Of a stretch of 30,024 bases of DNA, positions 1 through 9,413 are shown piece after piece. The stretch's first letter is position 1; each line of letters starts with the position of its first letter. The stretch comes from a virus. Taxonomy: Duplodnaviria > Caudoviricetes. The notes beneath the pieces are model-generated. The model saw nothing but the letters and a program-made list of their open reading frames with translations, was not told where the DNA came from and did not search any database. The DNA is taken from positions 1 through 30,024 of the IMG/VR virus record IMGVR_UViG_3300022670_000885; one strand, 5' to 3'. Both the position numbers and the translations under genes were made by a program.

Positions 1-2425
1 CATTTTTTAGGAAAAACTGGAAATCATCTAACTGTCCTAAATCTTCAGCCTCGGTATTGTTAAAACCTACATTCCCACTTGCTGTAAAGTGCATATTGAA
101 TTTATCTAATACCGCAGGTTCCCTATCATCACTATTACCATAAAGTACACCAACTGCACTATTGGAATTATTCGTATTGTATGGAAATGGAAATCTAAGG
201 TTTACTCCCATCCATACTCTATAATAATTCGGAAATGGAACTTGTTGAAGACTTTGAATTTTAATTGGATTAGTATCTGCACTACCAAAACGATACTCAT
301 GAGTTACTGCTGAAAAACCACCAAAATTTCCACTCCGATCAATTATAGTAAGAGTAGGTTTACTTGTAAAATCTCTACCTCCGTTTACAATAGTATATGA
401 TGTAACTTGTCCTCCTACTACCGTACCTGTTATTTGAGCATTTTTTCCATCACCACCTGTAACTACAATATCAACTAAACTATATCCCGAACCAACTGAA
501 GTAGCTGTAACTGCTGAAATAATCCCTCTAACCAAAGTTACAGAAGCTACAGCGCCAGAACCACCAGCACCGTTTGATTTGTCAATTACTCCTTGTGTAT
601 TTGTAATTGAATAAACAGGATGGTAACAATCATTAGATTGTTCAACACTTGTAGTTACATCTTCAAATACAGGAAGTGGTAACCAAAATGATGCGTTTGG
701 TGGCTGATGATTTATATTTATGAGAGCCTGTTTTGCCTCATAAGCTATTCCACCCTCTTTTACTCTATTTCCTTTAATGTAAAAAGCAAAGGCAGTCCAG
801 GAATCTAAATCATCAACATCGGCATCCTTAAACTGATACACTAAAGCTTCTGAATCAACTGCACAAAGTTGCAAGTCTTCAAATGTTTTAATTATATTCC
901 AAGTATTACCATCATATTGGACTGCCTGATTTTCAAAATCAGCAAATACTCCAGTTCCAGTTCCGTCAACTAGAACTCTAAATCCTGCAAATACGTCGCT
1001 GTTTCTTTTATACACACTAGAAATAGTATCAGTATTTGCAAGTTTTAATTCCACATCAATTCTTGAAAACACACCATCTTCTACTATTTGATTAAAATCC
1101 CAAAGCGACTTTACACCAAACTCAACTGGAGTACTGGTATCTTGAAAATCTTGATCAGTTGCTGCTCCATTAGAAATCCAAGCGTTTTTTTGTGCATTAG
1201 TCCAAAAAGAATACTGACCTGCTGTTACTACCTCATTTGTTAAAAAGTCTGTAAAAAAGTATTGTGTCCAATCAGTGCCTGGTGGGGTTGAAGTTGTACC
1301 GTCTGCATTGGTAACTTTGTAGTGTTCTGTATCGCCTTGCGAATCTAAAGTATTTGGAAGTTGAGTAATTGCATCTAATGGATAAAACGCCCCTGATGTA
1401 TGAGATGGTAAAAGTCCCCAATATTCCAACCCTCCTTCAAAATCAGAATTTTGGCGTGGTAGTGTACCTTCACCTTTTCCTCCCCATGTTCCAGTTACAT
1501 TTCCAAGAATTGAAAATATACCAGCTTCCTCATCAATTGGATTTACCTCATCTAAAACCTCCAGTGTGGGAATTGCTCTTTGATCTGGAGGATTCCCTGA
1601 GGAGAACATTCTTATATTTAGAATTAACGGATCACTAGAATCTGTATTAAATGCAAGCTCAAAAAAGTCACCACCGCCACCATTAGAAACACTAGCACCC
1701 ATTCTATCTACAATGTGTAGCAGTGCATCATAATGTGAAATTTCAGATATATTAAATGGAAAATCATTTGCAGTAAATACTGGCAAGTCATTTCCACCTC
1801 CAGCTGCAAAATCAGAGTCATGTCCTGTAATTGTAGCTTGAGAAGTTCCCTTACTTGTCGGAGTGTTATATCCCTCTACAACTCCTTTACCAGCTTCAAA
1901 TCCTGATTCAAAGTAAAACTGATCTGCAAACATTGTTTTTTGTAGATGCTGCTCAGAACCTAATAGACTAACTACAAATGTATCTCCTGTTAATACATTT
2001 TCTTGTGGTTTTTGTATATTAACTTCATAAGTTTCATCAAATGAAAATAAACCATCACTGGATATTATACGAATTTTATCAAATGATTCTAAAATTGGAG
2101 TAGAACTTCCATCAGGAGCAGTTGTTTGTGTAATAAATGACCCATCCTCTGAATTTAACTTTAATTCACATGATCGTATTTCCCCTGTTCCAATTTCTAT
2201 AAATGATAAATCTTGCACGAAATCAGAAATGTCAACATTAGGATTAGTTGGTGTGATTGGAAACCAAAATGATATGTTTGGTGGCTCATTTGATGTACTT
2301 GCTGTATTAGCAACTGTACAAATAAAAAATGCAGAATCATTTACTACTTTGGTTCCTACTAAATAACTCCTACCCAAAATCCACGAACTTATCGGATTAA
2401 AAATTACTTTTTTAGTAAAACCCAT
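1..2425 (-). CDS. Large tail tip/baseplate hub-like protein with CBM5/12-like modules (partial, runs off the window)
   Basis: Missing from the ORF track because it has no stop in the window. ATG at 2425 (MGFTKKVIFNPISSWILGRSYLVGTKVV...) stays open for 808 codons to position 2. Has two W..G..Y..G..V...P....W modules and Gly/Thr-rich 'VTATSVGSGY' repeats. Last gene of the tail module. Confidence 0.8.
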   Translation of the reverse strand, partial: MGFTKKVIFNPISSWILGRSYLVGTKVVNDSAFFICTVANTASTSNEPPNISFWFPITPTNPNVDISDFVQDLSFIEIGTGEIRSCELKLNSEDGSFITQTTAPDGSSTPILESFDKIRIISSDGLFSFDETYEVNIQKPQENVLTGDTFVVSLLGSEQHLQKTMFADQFYFESGFEAGKGVVEGYNTPTSKGTSQATITGHDSDFAAGGGNDLPVFTANDFPFNISEISHYDALLHIVDRMGASVSNGGGGDFFELAFNTDSSDPLILNIRMFSSGNPPDQRAIPTLEVLDEVNPIDEEAGIFSILGNVTGTWGGKGEGTLPRQNSDFEGGLEYWGLLPSHTSGAFYPLDAITQLPNTLDSQGDTEHYKVTNADGTTSTPPGTDWTQYFFTDFLTNEVVTAGQYSFWTNAQKNAWISNGAATDQDFQDTSTPVEFGVKSLWDFNQIVEDGVFSRIDVELKLANTDTISSVYKRNSDVFAGFRVLVDGTGTGVFADFENQAVQYDGNTWNIIKTFEDLQLCAVDSEALVYQFKDADVDDLDSWTAFAFYIKGNRVKEGGIAYEAKQALININHQPPNASFWLPLPVFEDVTTSVEQSNDCYHPVYSITNTQGVIDKSNGAGGSGAVASVTLVRGIISAVTATSVGSGYSLVDIVVTGGDGKNAQITGTVVGGQVTSYTIVNGGRDFTSKPTLTIIDRSGNFGGFSAVTHEYRFGSADTNPIKIQSLQQVPFPNYYRVWMGVNLRFPFPYNTNNSNSAVGVLYGNSDDREPAVLDKFNMHFTASGNVGFNNTEAEDLGQLDDFQFFLKN

Positions 2426-2431
2426 ATTTCC

Positions 2432-2929
2432 TCACGTTAGGGATATGGCCTCAGGTGTGCCATTTCTCAATAGTTGTATGATAAACTGAACCTCAGTTCG
2501 TGGATCTTCTATATCCATTACCTTGAAAGTTTCTAAGATATATCCTTGAGTAGCTGATGGTATTATAGTCATTATGGAATTGACAGATTCTGATAAAACA
2601 AGACCAAATCTTCCGAAAGGAAAATCATCTGTTCTTGCTTCAGCTATTTGCCAATTATGAAGATTTGTAGGTCCTAGTGTGTTTTGATGGTTGATGAAAT
2701 ACCCAGTTAGTATTACTCTTGTTAGTGATAGTAAAGAATCTTGAATCCTATTTTGTGGTTTTCTTGGATTTGGATGGAAATTAATATTTCGTGGCATCTC
2801 TAAACTTGGAAATGTGAGTCTACCAGTAGCGTCTGGTACTGATCCAGAATTAAATTCAATTTTCTCAGTAGATTCAACTGATGATACTGTATCACCCGAA
2901 TTTGTAAGACGATAAAGTGTAGAAGTCAA
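2432..2929 (-). CDS. Putative distal tail (Dit-like) protein
   Basis: 165 aa, between the putative tape measure and the hub gene; overlaps the upstream stop. Function inferred from position only. Confidence 0.5.
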   Translation of the reverse strand: MTSTLYRLTNSGDTVSSVESTEKIEFNSGSVPDATGRLTFPSLEMPRNINFHPNPRKPQNRIQDSLLSLTRVILTGYFINHQNTLGPTNLHNWQIAEARTDDFPFGRFGLVLSESVNSIMTIIPSATQGYILETFKVMDIEDPRTEVQFIIQLLRNGTPEAISLT

Positions 2930-3600
2930 TTGTAATACCCCTTTGCATTATCAGCATTTGTAATATCAAATAATTCTCCGTAGAAATTTGCACCCTTTCT
3001 ATATTGTCTTGATGTGTTCTCATTATTTGCACCATTTACTGCAAGGAATCCATCTATTGTACTTGTGCTAATTACTTGTCGGAATCCAGTTGCAGTGTCA
3101 TGTTGTTGTTGTCTGCTTAGAAGTGCATTTTGTTCTTCCTCAATTTTTCTAATATATCTAAGATCAAGTTCACTTCCAGGTCTGGTCATATATTTGAAAA
3201 TTGCAGGAGCTAGTGATGCAGCTAAAAAGGCTATTGCTACAGGGGGTAATTTCCTAAACACCTCCATTAGTACATCAGGTGTTTCAGCTAAAATTTTTGA
3301 AGTCGCTCCAGCAGTAGTAGATGCTGCATTTTTCGGATCTAGTAAGCCTATTTGTGTACTAGGCAAATTAGTACCAGACAAAGTTTTTTCTTTTTCTTCT
3401 GATGGATCACCCTTTCCATTTATTTCATTTATTACATCCTCTACTGCTTTTCTTAATTCTGCGTCTAGTCCTATTTGAGAAGATCCAAGATTAGTTAATC
3501 CTTTGAAAGTATTAGTTTTTCCAGGACTAGCTGAGGTCATCTGTGCATCTCGTAAGACTGATAAGATCATTTGATAAACTATACTTTGAAAGTCAGCCAT
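2926..3600 (-). CDS. Putative short tape-measure-like/tail protein
   Basis: 224 aa, Ala-rich and probably helical, with a hydrophobic stretch (PPVAIAFLAASLAPAIF). Directly follows the tube-like gene. Confidence 0.4.
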   Translation of the reverse strand: MADFQSIVYQMILSVLRDAQMTSASPGKTNTFKGLTNLGSSQIGLDAELRKAVEDVINEINGKGDPSEEKEKTLSGTNLPSTQIGLLDPKNAASTTAGATSKILAETPDVLMEVFRKLPPVAIAFLAASLAPAIFKYMTRPGSELDLRYIRKIEEEQNALLSRQQQHDTATGFRQVISTSTIDGFLAVNGANNENTSRQYRKGANFYGELFDITNADNAKGYYN

Positions 3601-4022
3601 TATGCCACACTCACTACCTCAGTAGCCTCCAATCTGAAAAACATCCTGACTGCATCTGAACCATCATCAGTTGGTCGCAAGTCCTTTAGTTGAGCTACAA
3701 ATGATATGGTTATAGAACTTCCAGATGCATCAGTAAATGAAACAGCCCAAATTCTTTTTGGTCTCACACCAGATACATCCACAGTAAGTACAATTAATGC
3801 TGCAAGTTGTGGTGTAGTTAGTACCATATTTCCTTGAATGGAATTTAGTCGAAGTGAAAATACATTATCAATTGTATCATCAGTTAGATGGTGTTTTGTA
3901 ACATCGCTAGATATTTCCGGTATAACATCAGTCAGTTGTGCGTATGTAAGGGAATCAGTAACGTTTGTCAGCGATACATCTTGTGTATCTACAAAATTAT
4001 CAGGTGAACCAGTATCAACCAT
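3600..4022 (-). CDS. Putative tail tube protein
   Basis: 140 aa, beta-rich, with a size and pattern like siphovirus tube proteins (…SITISFVAQLKDLRP…VRMFFRLEAT). Position fits. Confidence 0.5.
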   Translation of the reverse strand: MVDTGSPDNFVDTQDVSLTNVTDSLTYAQLTDVIPEISSDVTKHHLTDDTIDNVFSLRLNSIQGNMVLTTPQLAALIVLTVDVSGVRPKRIWAVSFTDASGSSITISFVAQLKDLRPTDDGSDAVRMFFRLEATEVVSVA

Positions 4023-5282
4023 CTATGCTACACTGTACTCCGTTAGTTTGGTTAGTATTCCATGTATTTCAAAAGTTACAAGTTCCTCAGTTCTACTAAT
4101 CTCTGTAATTCTGTCTATTTTCATAAATGATTGTTGCGTTAGTGTGAATGGTATTGTCTCAGTGTTTGAGTTAGTTTGTAAAAATACTACATCCATATTT
4201 TGATTAATCAATGGAGAATTTGATTGAACTTTGTAAATATTTTCTAGATTCTCATCAGTTGAACCGATAATATCTGATTTTAAAGCAAACATTTTTGCAG
4301 TAAATGTACCATCAAATACTCCACGAACATACTGCGGTACTCCAACTCCTTTACTCTTATCTTTAGTTAGAATTGGTACCTGTGAATATCCTTCTGTTCT
4401 TCTAATGTCAGTTACTTGTGCAAAAGTATAGTCAGAAGCTGGTAAAAAATCACCTGTTGATGCAGACGTATCAAAAGCAAGGACTCCACCGAATCCTAAA
4501 AACACTTCATCATCATTTGCTACAATTTTAGTTAATGTGAATCGTAATGTTCGTCCCAGCATTGCATCATCTGGGAAAAATGTATCATCTTTTGTCCAGT
4601 TAGTGTTTGTTCTAAAAAATTCACCCGTATCAGATGATGGAGCATATATGGTCTTTAGAATTCTTGTTACCTCTCCAGTCATTTGTTGCATCAAGTCAAT
4701 CCATACAGAGAAATTATCACGAGCCCCGTCAGGAACTTGTAAAAAACAGGATATCTCAAAAATATCAGACTGCTCAAAAAACTTTGGATGCTCTACAATA
4801 TTTTCATTTCCAAGTGCATTTATTTTTTGTACAGTTACTGCCTTTGCAACTTTGTTTCCAGGGATTTGCCCCCTGTCATAAAATTGTACAGCCTCATTCA
4901 TCGCACCAGATACTGATGTCTTTGATAGTTCTCCATCTAAATTCCAATTATCAAAAAGTAATTCCGTAATAGTTTGTGCTTGTGATGTTGCAGTAGTAGT
5001 ACTTGATGTATCGGATGGATCACTAGTCCCTGAACTATTAATTGCAGAGACTCTATACACTGCATTGTCTTGAGCTGAAATAGTACTGTCAGTGTGTGAT
5101 GTACTAGTACTGCCAGTATCAGATACAAGAGTTGAAAATCCTACATCATTGAGATTTCTTTCAATTTTATATCCAGTGATTGTATCACCGCCATCACTTG
5201 CTGGTGTAGTCCATCTAAGTTCTATTGTTGTGCTGCTAGAAGACTCTGCTGATAAATCAAGGGGTACAGTTGAAACTGACAT
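4023..5282 (-). CDS. Fibronectin type III domain-containing tail/neck protein
   Basis: N-terminal FN3 signature (PLDLSA…IELRWTTPASDGGDTITGYKIER…YRVSAINSSGTS), then ~320 aa of tail-completion/tube-like sequence. Confidence 0.7.
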   Translation of the reverse strand: MSVSTVPLDLSAESSSSTTIELRWTTPASDGGDTITGYKIERNLNDVGFSTLVSDTGSTSTSHTDSTISAQDNAVYRVSAINSSGTSDPSDTSSTTTATSQAQTITELLFDNWNLDGELSKTSVSGAMNEAVQFYDRGQIPGNKVAKAVTVQKINALGNENIVEHPKFFEQSDIFEISCFLQVPDGARDNFSVWIDLMQQMTGEVTRILKTIYAPSSDTGEFFRTNTNWTKDDTFFPDDAMLGRTLRFTLTKIVANDDEVFLGFGGVLAFDTSASTGDFLPASDYTFAQVTDIRRTEGYSQVPILTKDKSKGVGVPQYVRGVFDGTFTAKMFALKSDIIGSTDENLENIYKVQSNSPLINQNMDVVFLQTNSNTETIPFTLTQQSFMKIDRITEISRTEELVTFEIHGILTKLTEYSVA

Positions 5283-5674
5283 TATGAACTCCTACTAAAT
5301 CCACTAATTCTCGAAGTCACACCAAACGTATTCTCACCAGATAAGCCATTAGGGTTTTTGAGTCCATATGTTTCCATGATATAATCCTGTACTGCCTCTT
5401 TTGCCATATCTACGAGTTTTCGCATTTCTGATTTTGTTGGGTTTTGGTATTGATTGTAAAATGATGCTGCCAACTGAGAGGCCAAGGAGGTTAGTTCTGG
5501 ATCTGGATCGTCTAATTCTATTGTTGCATGTAATCTTATCTGGTTCACAACATAATTATCTGCAGAGTTTCTACTTGTGGAAATTTTATTGTCAAAATCA
5601 TCATTGGATCTAGAAATATTTAGAAAGTCTTTAGTTTCATTGAGAGATGAAAATATTTGATCAGGAGTTGACAT
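5282..5674 (-). CDS. Head-tail adaptor (HK97 gp6/SPP1 gp15-like)
   Basis: 130 aa starting FSSLNETKDFLNI…DDFDNKI…ADNYV, the typical adaptor pattern; downstream of MCP. Confidence 0.65.
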   Translation of the reverse strand: MSTPDQIFSSLNETKDFLNISRSNDDFDNKISTSRNSADNYVVNQIRLHATIELDDPDPELTSLASQLAASFYNQYQNPTKSEMRKLVDMAKEAVQDYIMETYGLKNPNGLSGENTFGVTSRISGFSRSS

Positions 5675-5967
5675 TAGATTCTCCTAAAGATTTTTTTGAA
5701 GAATTTTGAAATCTTTTGTAGAATAGTTAGTTTGGATGGTACAGAGATAATCTTCTTTGGTGCAATAACCTTTGATGCAATGACCTTTACTTTATCAATT
5801 CTGATTAATTTTGTAATTTCAGGAATCTCTACAACATCAATTACAGGTACCTCTACTGGAATAATTTCAGATACATCTACAGGTGGTGGAGGTGGATCCT
5901 GTGGAGGATAATTTTCATTGACAGGAATTGAACGGCCACTACGTTGTGGTTTGGGCTGATATATCAA
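5674..5967 (-). CDS. Hypothetical Pro-rich virion-associated protein
   Basis: 97 aa, TTG start, NENYPPQDPPPPP motif, basic amphipathic C-terminus (ISKFFKKIFRRI). Coupled to its neighbours. Confidence 0.6.
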   Translation of the reverse strand: MIYQPKPQRSGRSIPVNENYPPQDPPPPPVDVSEIIPVEVPVIDVVEIPEITKLIRIDKVKVIASKVIAPKKIISVPSKLTILQKISKFFKKIFRRI

Positions 5968-5969
5968 AA

Positions 5970-6560
5970 TTATGCCCCTAACAATACACAGTGAGCTCTA
6001 ACAAAATGAATTGCATTTACTGATTGAGAGGCTCGTAAATTAATAGAGTCGCCACCCTCTACATCAATATCAAATCTATAGTATCCATTGGAAATAACAT
6101 TACTAGAATTATCGGCATTAAGATTTCCTTTGAGAATACCATTATTAAAAATACTAACTGTTGCAGGAGATGTGCCAAAGATAAATGAAAAAGACAATCT
6201 TAGAATTCCTCCGCCTCCAGGGACTAATTGATCATCATTAATGGTAACATCTGATGAGAGAATATCAGAATTAGATGTTATGGTTGTAGTAGTAGCAGTT
6301 CCAGTAGCGCCAGTTCCACTAAGGGCAGATATTATAGAGAGGGTTTCACCTGAAATGTAATTAGTTCCTGCGGCAACTACTGTTACTGCAGTAACTGCAC
6401 CAGCTGTTACAGATACGGTTCCAGTAGCACCAGTTCCAGAACCAGTTAGTGTAACAGGTTCGCTTTCAACATATCCGCTTCCACCAAGTACAACACTTAC
6501 AGCTGTAAGAGTACCTGCAGTATTCAGATTAACTGTAAGTGGATAAATAGAACTAGCCAT
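5970..6560 (-). CDS. Gly/Thr-rich virion structural protein (possible head/neck fibre)
   Basis: 196 aa with SVVLGGSGY / VTVVAAGTNY repeats like those in the hub protein. Preceded by the conserved promoter. Confidence 0.6.
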   Translation of the reverse strand: MASSIYPLTVNLNTAGTLTAVSVVLGGSGYVESEPVTLTGSGTGATGTVSVTAGAVTAVTVVAAGTNYISGETLSIISALSGTGATGTATTTTITSNSDILSSDVTINDDQLVPGGGGILRLSFSFIFGTSPATVSIFNNGILKGNLNADNSSNVISNGYYRFDIDVEGGDSINLRASQSVNAIHFVRAHCVLLGA

Positions 6561-6580
6561 GATAAATATTGATAATTTGA

Positions 6581-6595
6581 AATAAAGGTATTATT
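6581..6595 (-). promoter_or_regulatory. Conserved viral promoter AATAATACC-TTTATT
   Basis: Last C of the motif lies 27 nt upstream of ATG 6560. Confidence 0.75.
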
Positions 6596-7628
6596 ACTCC
6601 ATATGAAAGGATTTTTTCAATTTTTGACGTTTTTCATATTCTCTATTATTGGCTCTTGCCTTTTCTCTATTACCTGGCAATAATATCCATATATCATGCT
6701 GTTTTTTTCTCTTTTCTCTCATACCTGGATTTTCCAATCGTTTTTTGTCATATTCTTTTTGCCACTTTTTAGTTTCAGGTTTAGATCTCCATTTCTTTTT
6801 TGATTTTTGGATACTGGGATAATTCTCAGGATTAGTTCTCCATTTTCTCTTAGACTCTTTGACTTTTTCTTTATTAATTGGTTTAAATATCACTGTTTTT
6901 TTTCTTTTTTCTCGTTTAGATTTCCATGCAATACGCTGTTCGTTGAGTCTCATCTTAACTTCTGGTCTGAGTTTCCATATTCTTTGTAGTTCTCTGAGTC
7001 TTTTTTTGTTTTCAGGTTTTGCAGCTCTTATTCTATTACTCTCTCTTTCTTTTTTTCTATTTTCAGGTTTGGCTCTACGTTCTTTGTTCCGTTTTATCAC
7101 ATCTAGTCTAGCATGATATTTTCTCCTGCGCTCTCGTATTTCTGGTCTAGTATGATATTCTCGAAAGTATTTTTTTCTTTCAGGGGTTTGTTGGTATTCT
7201 CTATGATGTTTCTTATTTTCTGGTATACTATTGTATTTTTTCCGTATTTCTTTTCCTTTAGGAGATTGCCGGTATTGTCTATCATAAATTGCATTATATT
7301 CATTGACACAGAATACTTTTTTACAAATTTTCTTACGTGTTCTTTTTCTGCATGTGAACTCTAAACCACATACTAGACATCTCCTTATTTGCACTCCCCA
7401 CCAAAATGATCCAATTCTTAAAAGAATACAAGATGGTCCAACTATGAAATAATTTTTACCAAAAATTAGATGTGAAACAGTTAAGGATTTAGCATCTAAC
7501 TCTTTATCAAGTATTTTTTGGTGTCTTAAACTACAAATTTTTCTTTTAGATGTTACATTGCATTCAAATTTTTCATTACAATATGCGCATTGTCTAATTT
7601 CTTTTTTAAATTGAATTTGTAATGACAT
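6594..7628 (-). CDS. Highly basic repeat protein with two N-terminal Cys Zn-finger motifs (nucleic-acid binding)
   Basis: CAYC…C…C and CLVC…C…C, then ~15-aa K/R-rich repeats (REY…PE.KK). No HNH/GIY-YIG core recognised. Confidence 0.65.
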   Translation of the reverse strand: MSLQIQFKKEIRQCAYCNEKFECNVTSKRKICSLRHQKILDKELDAKSLTVSHLIFGKNYFIVGPSCILLRIGSFWWGVQIRRCLVCGLEFTCRKRTRKKICKKVFCVNEYNAIYDRQYRQSPKGKEIRKKYNSIPENKKHHREYQQTPERKKYFREYHTRPEIRERRRKYHARLDVIKRNKERRAKPENRKKERESNRIRAAKPENKKRLRELQRIWKLRPEVKMRLNEQRIAWKSKREKRKKTVIFKPINKEKVKESKRKWRTNPENYPSIQKSKKKWRSKPETKKWQKEYDKKRLENPGMREKRKKQHDIWILLPGNREKARANNREYEKRQKLKKSFHME

Positions 7629-7674
7629 TACAACATATTGTATTCTTGTTAGTTGTCAAAATGAAATCTCATTA

Positions 7675-7848
7675 TCAATTATATTCCATTTCTTCATTTG
7701 TGTTATTATACAGCATTTGAATACCAGTTAGATTAAATTCCATTTCACCTTGACCGGCAATACTTCCTTGATTGTCAGCTTGCGGAGGATAGTTATCATT
7801 AATTTTAATATTTCCAGGGAATGAATGTGGAGGAAAATGTCTAACCAC
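7675..7848 (-). CDS. Small hypothetical protein (57 aa) with NDNYPPQ motif
   Basis: GTG start; MVRHFPPHSFPGNIKINDNYPPQADNQGSIAGQGEMEFNLTGIQMLYNNTNEEMEYN. Below the ORF-track cutoff. Confidence 0.55.
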   Translation of the reverse strand: MVRHFPPHSFPGNIKINDNYPPQADNQGSIAGQGEMEFNLTGIQMLYNNTNEEMEYN

Positions 7849-7851
7849 TAT

Positions 7852-7905
7852 TCAACATGATCCCACTGGATCATCGTATAGTAGAACTGGGTGTGATGAA
7901 GCCAA
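7852..7905 (-). CDS. 17-aa leaderless micro-ORF MASSHPVLLYDDPVGSC
   Basis: TTG lies 28 nt downstream of the promoter motif; in frame with the following 57-aa ORF. Confidence 0.4.
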   Translation of the reverse strand: MASSHPVLLYDDPVGSC

Positions 7906-7926
7906 CAATTAAAAATATACTTTTAG

Positions 7927-7941
7927 ATTAAAGGTATTATT
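7927..7941 (-). promoter_or_regulatory. Conserved viral promoter AATAATACC-TTTAAT
   Basis: Same motif and spacing as the other copies. Confidence 0.7.
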
Positions 7942-8206
7942 AATAGGATTTCTTTTTGGTTGATTTTGTAGAATCTTGAGATTTCTCTAATACTGTTTGT
8001 TCTCCAGATTTATCATCAACTTTGGATATTTTTACACCAACTGTTTGTTTTGGTATGTCTGATTTGATTTCCTCAATACAGTTGTAATTGTCTCCACATT
8101 TGATTCCGCGTGATTTGCCAATTGCATGATTCATTTTAGAGCGAGCATCCTCCATGGTATTACCAGTTGACTTTGCGCCACATTTGTAACATCTAATGTT
8201 AATCAA
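7940..8206 (-). CDS. Small Zn-binding protein downstream of MCP
   Basis: 88 aa; CYKC…H…C; TTG start 5 nt after the MCP stop. Confidence 0.65.
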   Translation of the reverse strand: MINIRCYKCGAKSTGNTMEDARSKMNHAIGKSRGIKCGDNYNCIEEIKSDIPKQTVGVKISKVDDKSGEQTVLEKSQDSTKSTKKKSY

Positions 8207-8211
8207 TTATC

Positions 8212-9411
8212 TCACCATGAAGTGATTTTAAATGCACCAACATCAGAAAATGCTTCTTGCACATCTAATCTAACTACCAAGTCTGACTCGTACAAGCCAC
8301 CCACTGATAGATCGAAATTCTCAATGGTGAGGTCTTCTCGTAAACCAACGATTTCAGCGATATCTCTTTTTGTAATAAGTACAGTACCTTCATCAATCTG
8401 TGGAGTTTCCCAGACTGCTCTTAATCCAAGTGACTGTGCTAATCCTGAATTATTAACTACATCTGTGTCATCGGTTGGTCCCAACTCAAATCTACTAAAG
8501 AATGGGAAGATTCCGCCAGTAGATGCAGTCTTTACAGTTTGTGCAGCATCTGATGGATTCATAAACATAGTGTCAGCTCTATTTCTTTGAGTTCCTGGGA
8601 ATCGTCCTCTGATAACTTCAACTAGTGCTTCTAGTTCTGAATGTACTGATGAAGCAGAATCAAGATTTGCCCTTGTATCAGTTGGAACTTCTGATGAGTC
8701 AACTAGTACATCAATAATCTTTTTACCTATCATGAAATAAAATTCGTTTCCAGCATTTTTCAAAGATTGCTCAACTGACAAAAAGTTGTTATCTTTGACA
8801 TCGTTTCTGTTTACTGAAATTGTACCACGATATGAATTGTTAGTACCTGATGTATCAAGGGATACAGTTGTAACTTTTCCACCAATGGCTGGGGGTGTAC
8901 CGCCTGATTCTTTGTAAATCTCTAATCCTTTTTGATTTCCTACAGATCCACCAACAATATCAGTATATCTGGTTAAGGGTACGTTTACCTTGGGTGAATC
9001 CATATCAATTATTCTAGCATACTGTTTCCAGTCACTCCATGGTTCTGCACCTTCTAAAATCTCATCTGCAATTTTTAATGCAGATAAACTATTTGGAACA
9101 GATACTGTCTCTTTGAGTTCTTTGCCTCCAATTCGCATGTTACCTTTGGCCTCATCGCCGATTCTAATTCCGTATCGATGCTTCCAAATGGTAGGTAAAT
9201 TAGGATTTAGTCTGCCTTCCTCAAAGGCATTAGGAGAATTTCTATCAAAAAATACTGCAAGAGGAGTTTCCCTGATTGGTCTAAATATATCAAATGGTTG
9301 TCCTCTTTGTTGCTGGGCCTCTGCACTTGCAACTAGAGCCTCTTGAACATGAGCCATCTCACTTAGTGCAAGGATAGTACCTCGATTATGTTTATTATTT
9401 GATTTAGTCAT
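8212..9411 (-). CDS. Major capsid protein (HK97 fold)
   Basis: 399 aa; …ADTMFMNPSDA…LGLRAVWETPQIDEGTVLI…GLREDLTIE…RLDV…AFKI matches the HK97-type C-terminal pattern. Position fits. Confidence 0.85.
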   Translation of the reverse strand: MTKSNNKHNRGTILALSEMAHVQEALVASAEAQQQRGQPFDIFRPIRETPLAVFFDRNSPNAFEEGRLNPNLPTIWKHRYGIRIGDEAKGNMRIGGKELKETVSVPNSLSALKIADEILEGAEPWSDWKQYARIIDMDSPKVNVPLTRYTDIVGGSVGNQKGLEIYKESGGTPPAIGGKVTTVSLDTSGTNNSYRGTISVNRNDVKDNNFLSVEQSLKNAGNEFYFMIGKKIIDVLVDSSEVPTDTRANLDSASSVHSELEALVEVIRGRFPGTQRNRADTMFMNPSDAAQTVKTASTGGIFPFFSRFELGPTDDTDVVNNSGLAQSLGLRAVWETPQIDEGTVLITKRDIAEIVGLREDLTIENFDLSVGGLYESDLVVRLDVQEAFSDVGAFKITSW

Positions 9412-9413
9412 AT

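Noticed and set aside
7852-7854. Selenocysteine at the in-frame TGA following Cys
   Set aside because: No SECIS-like hairpin or selenoprotein context is visible; a stop or nonsense mutation is more parsimonious.
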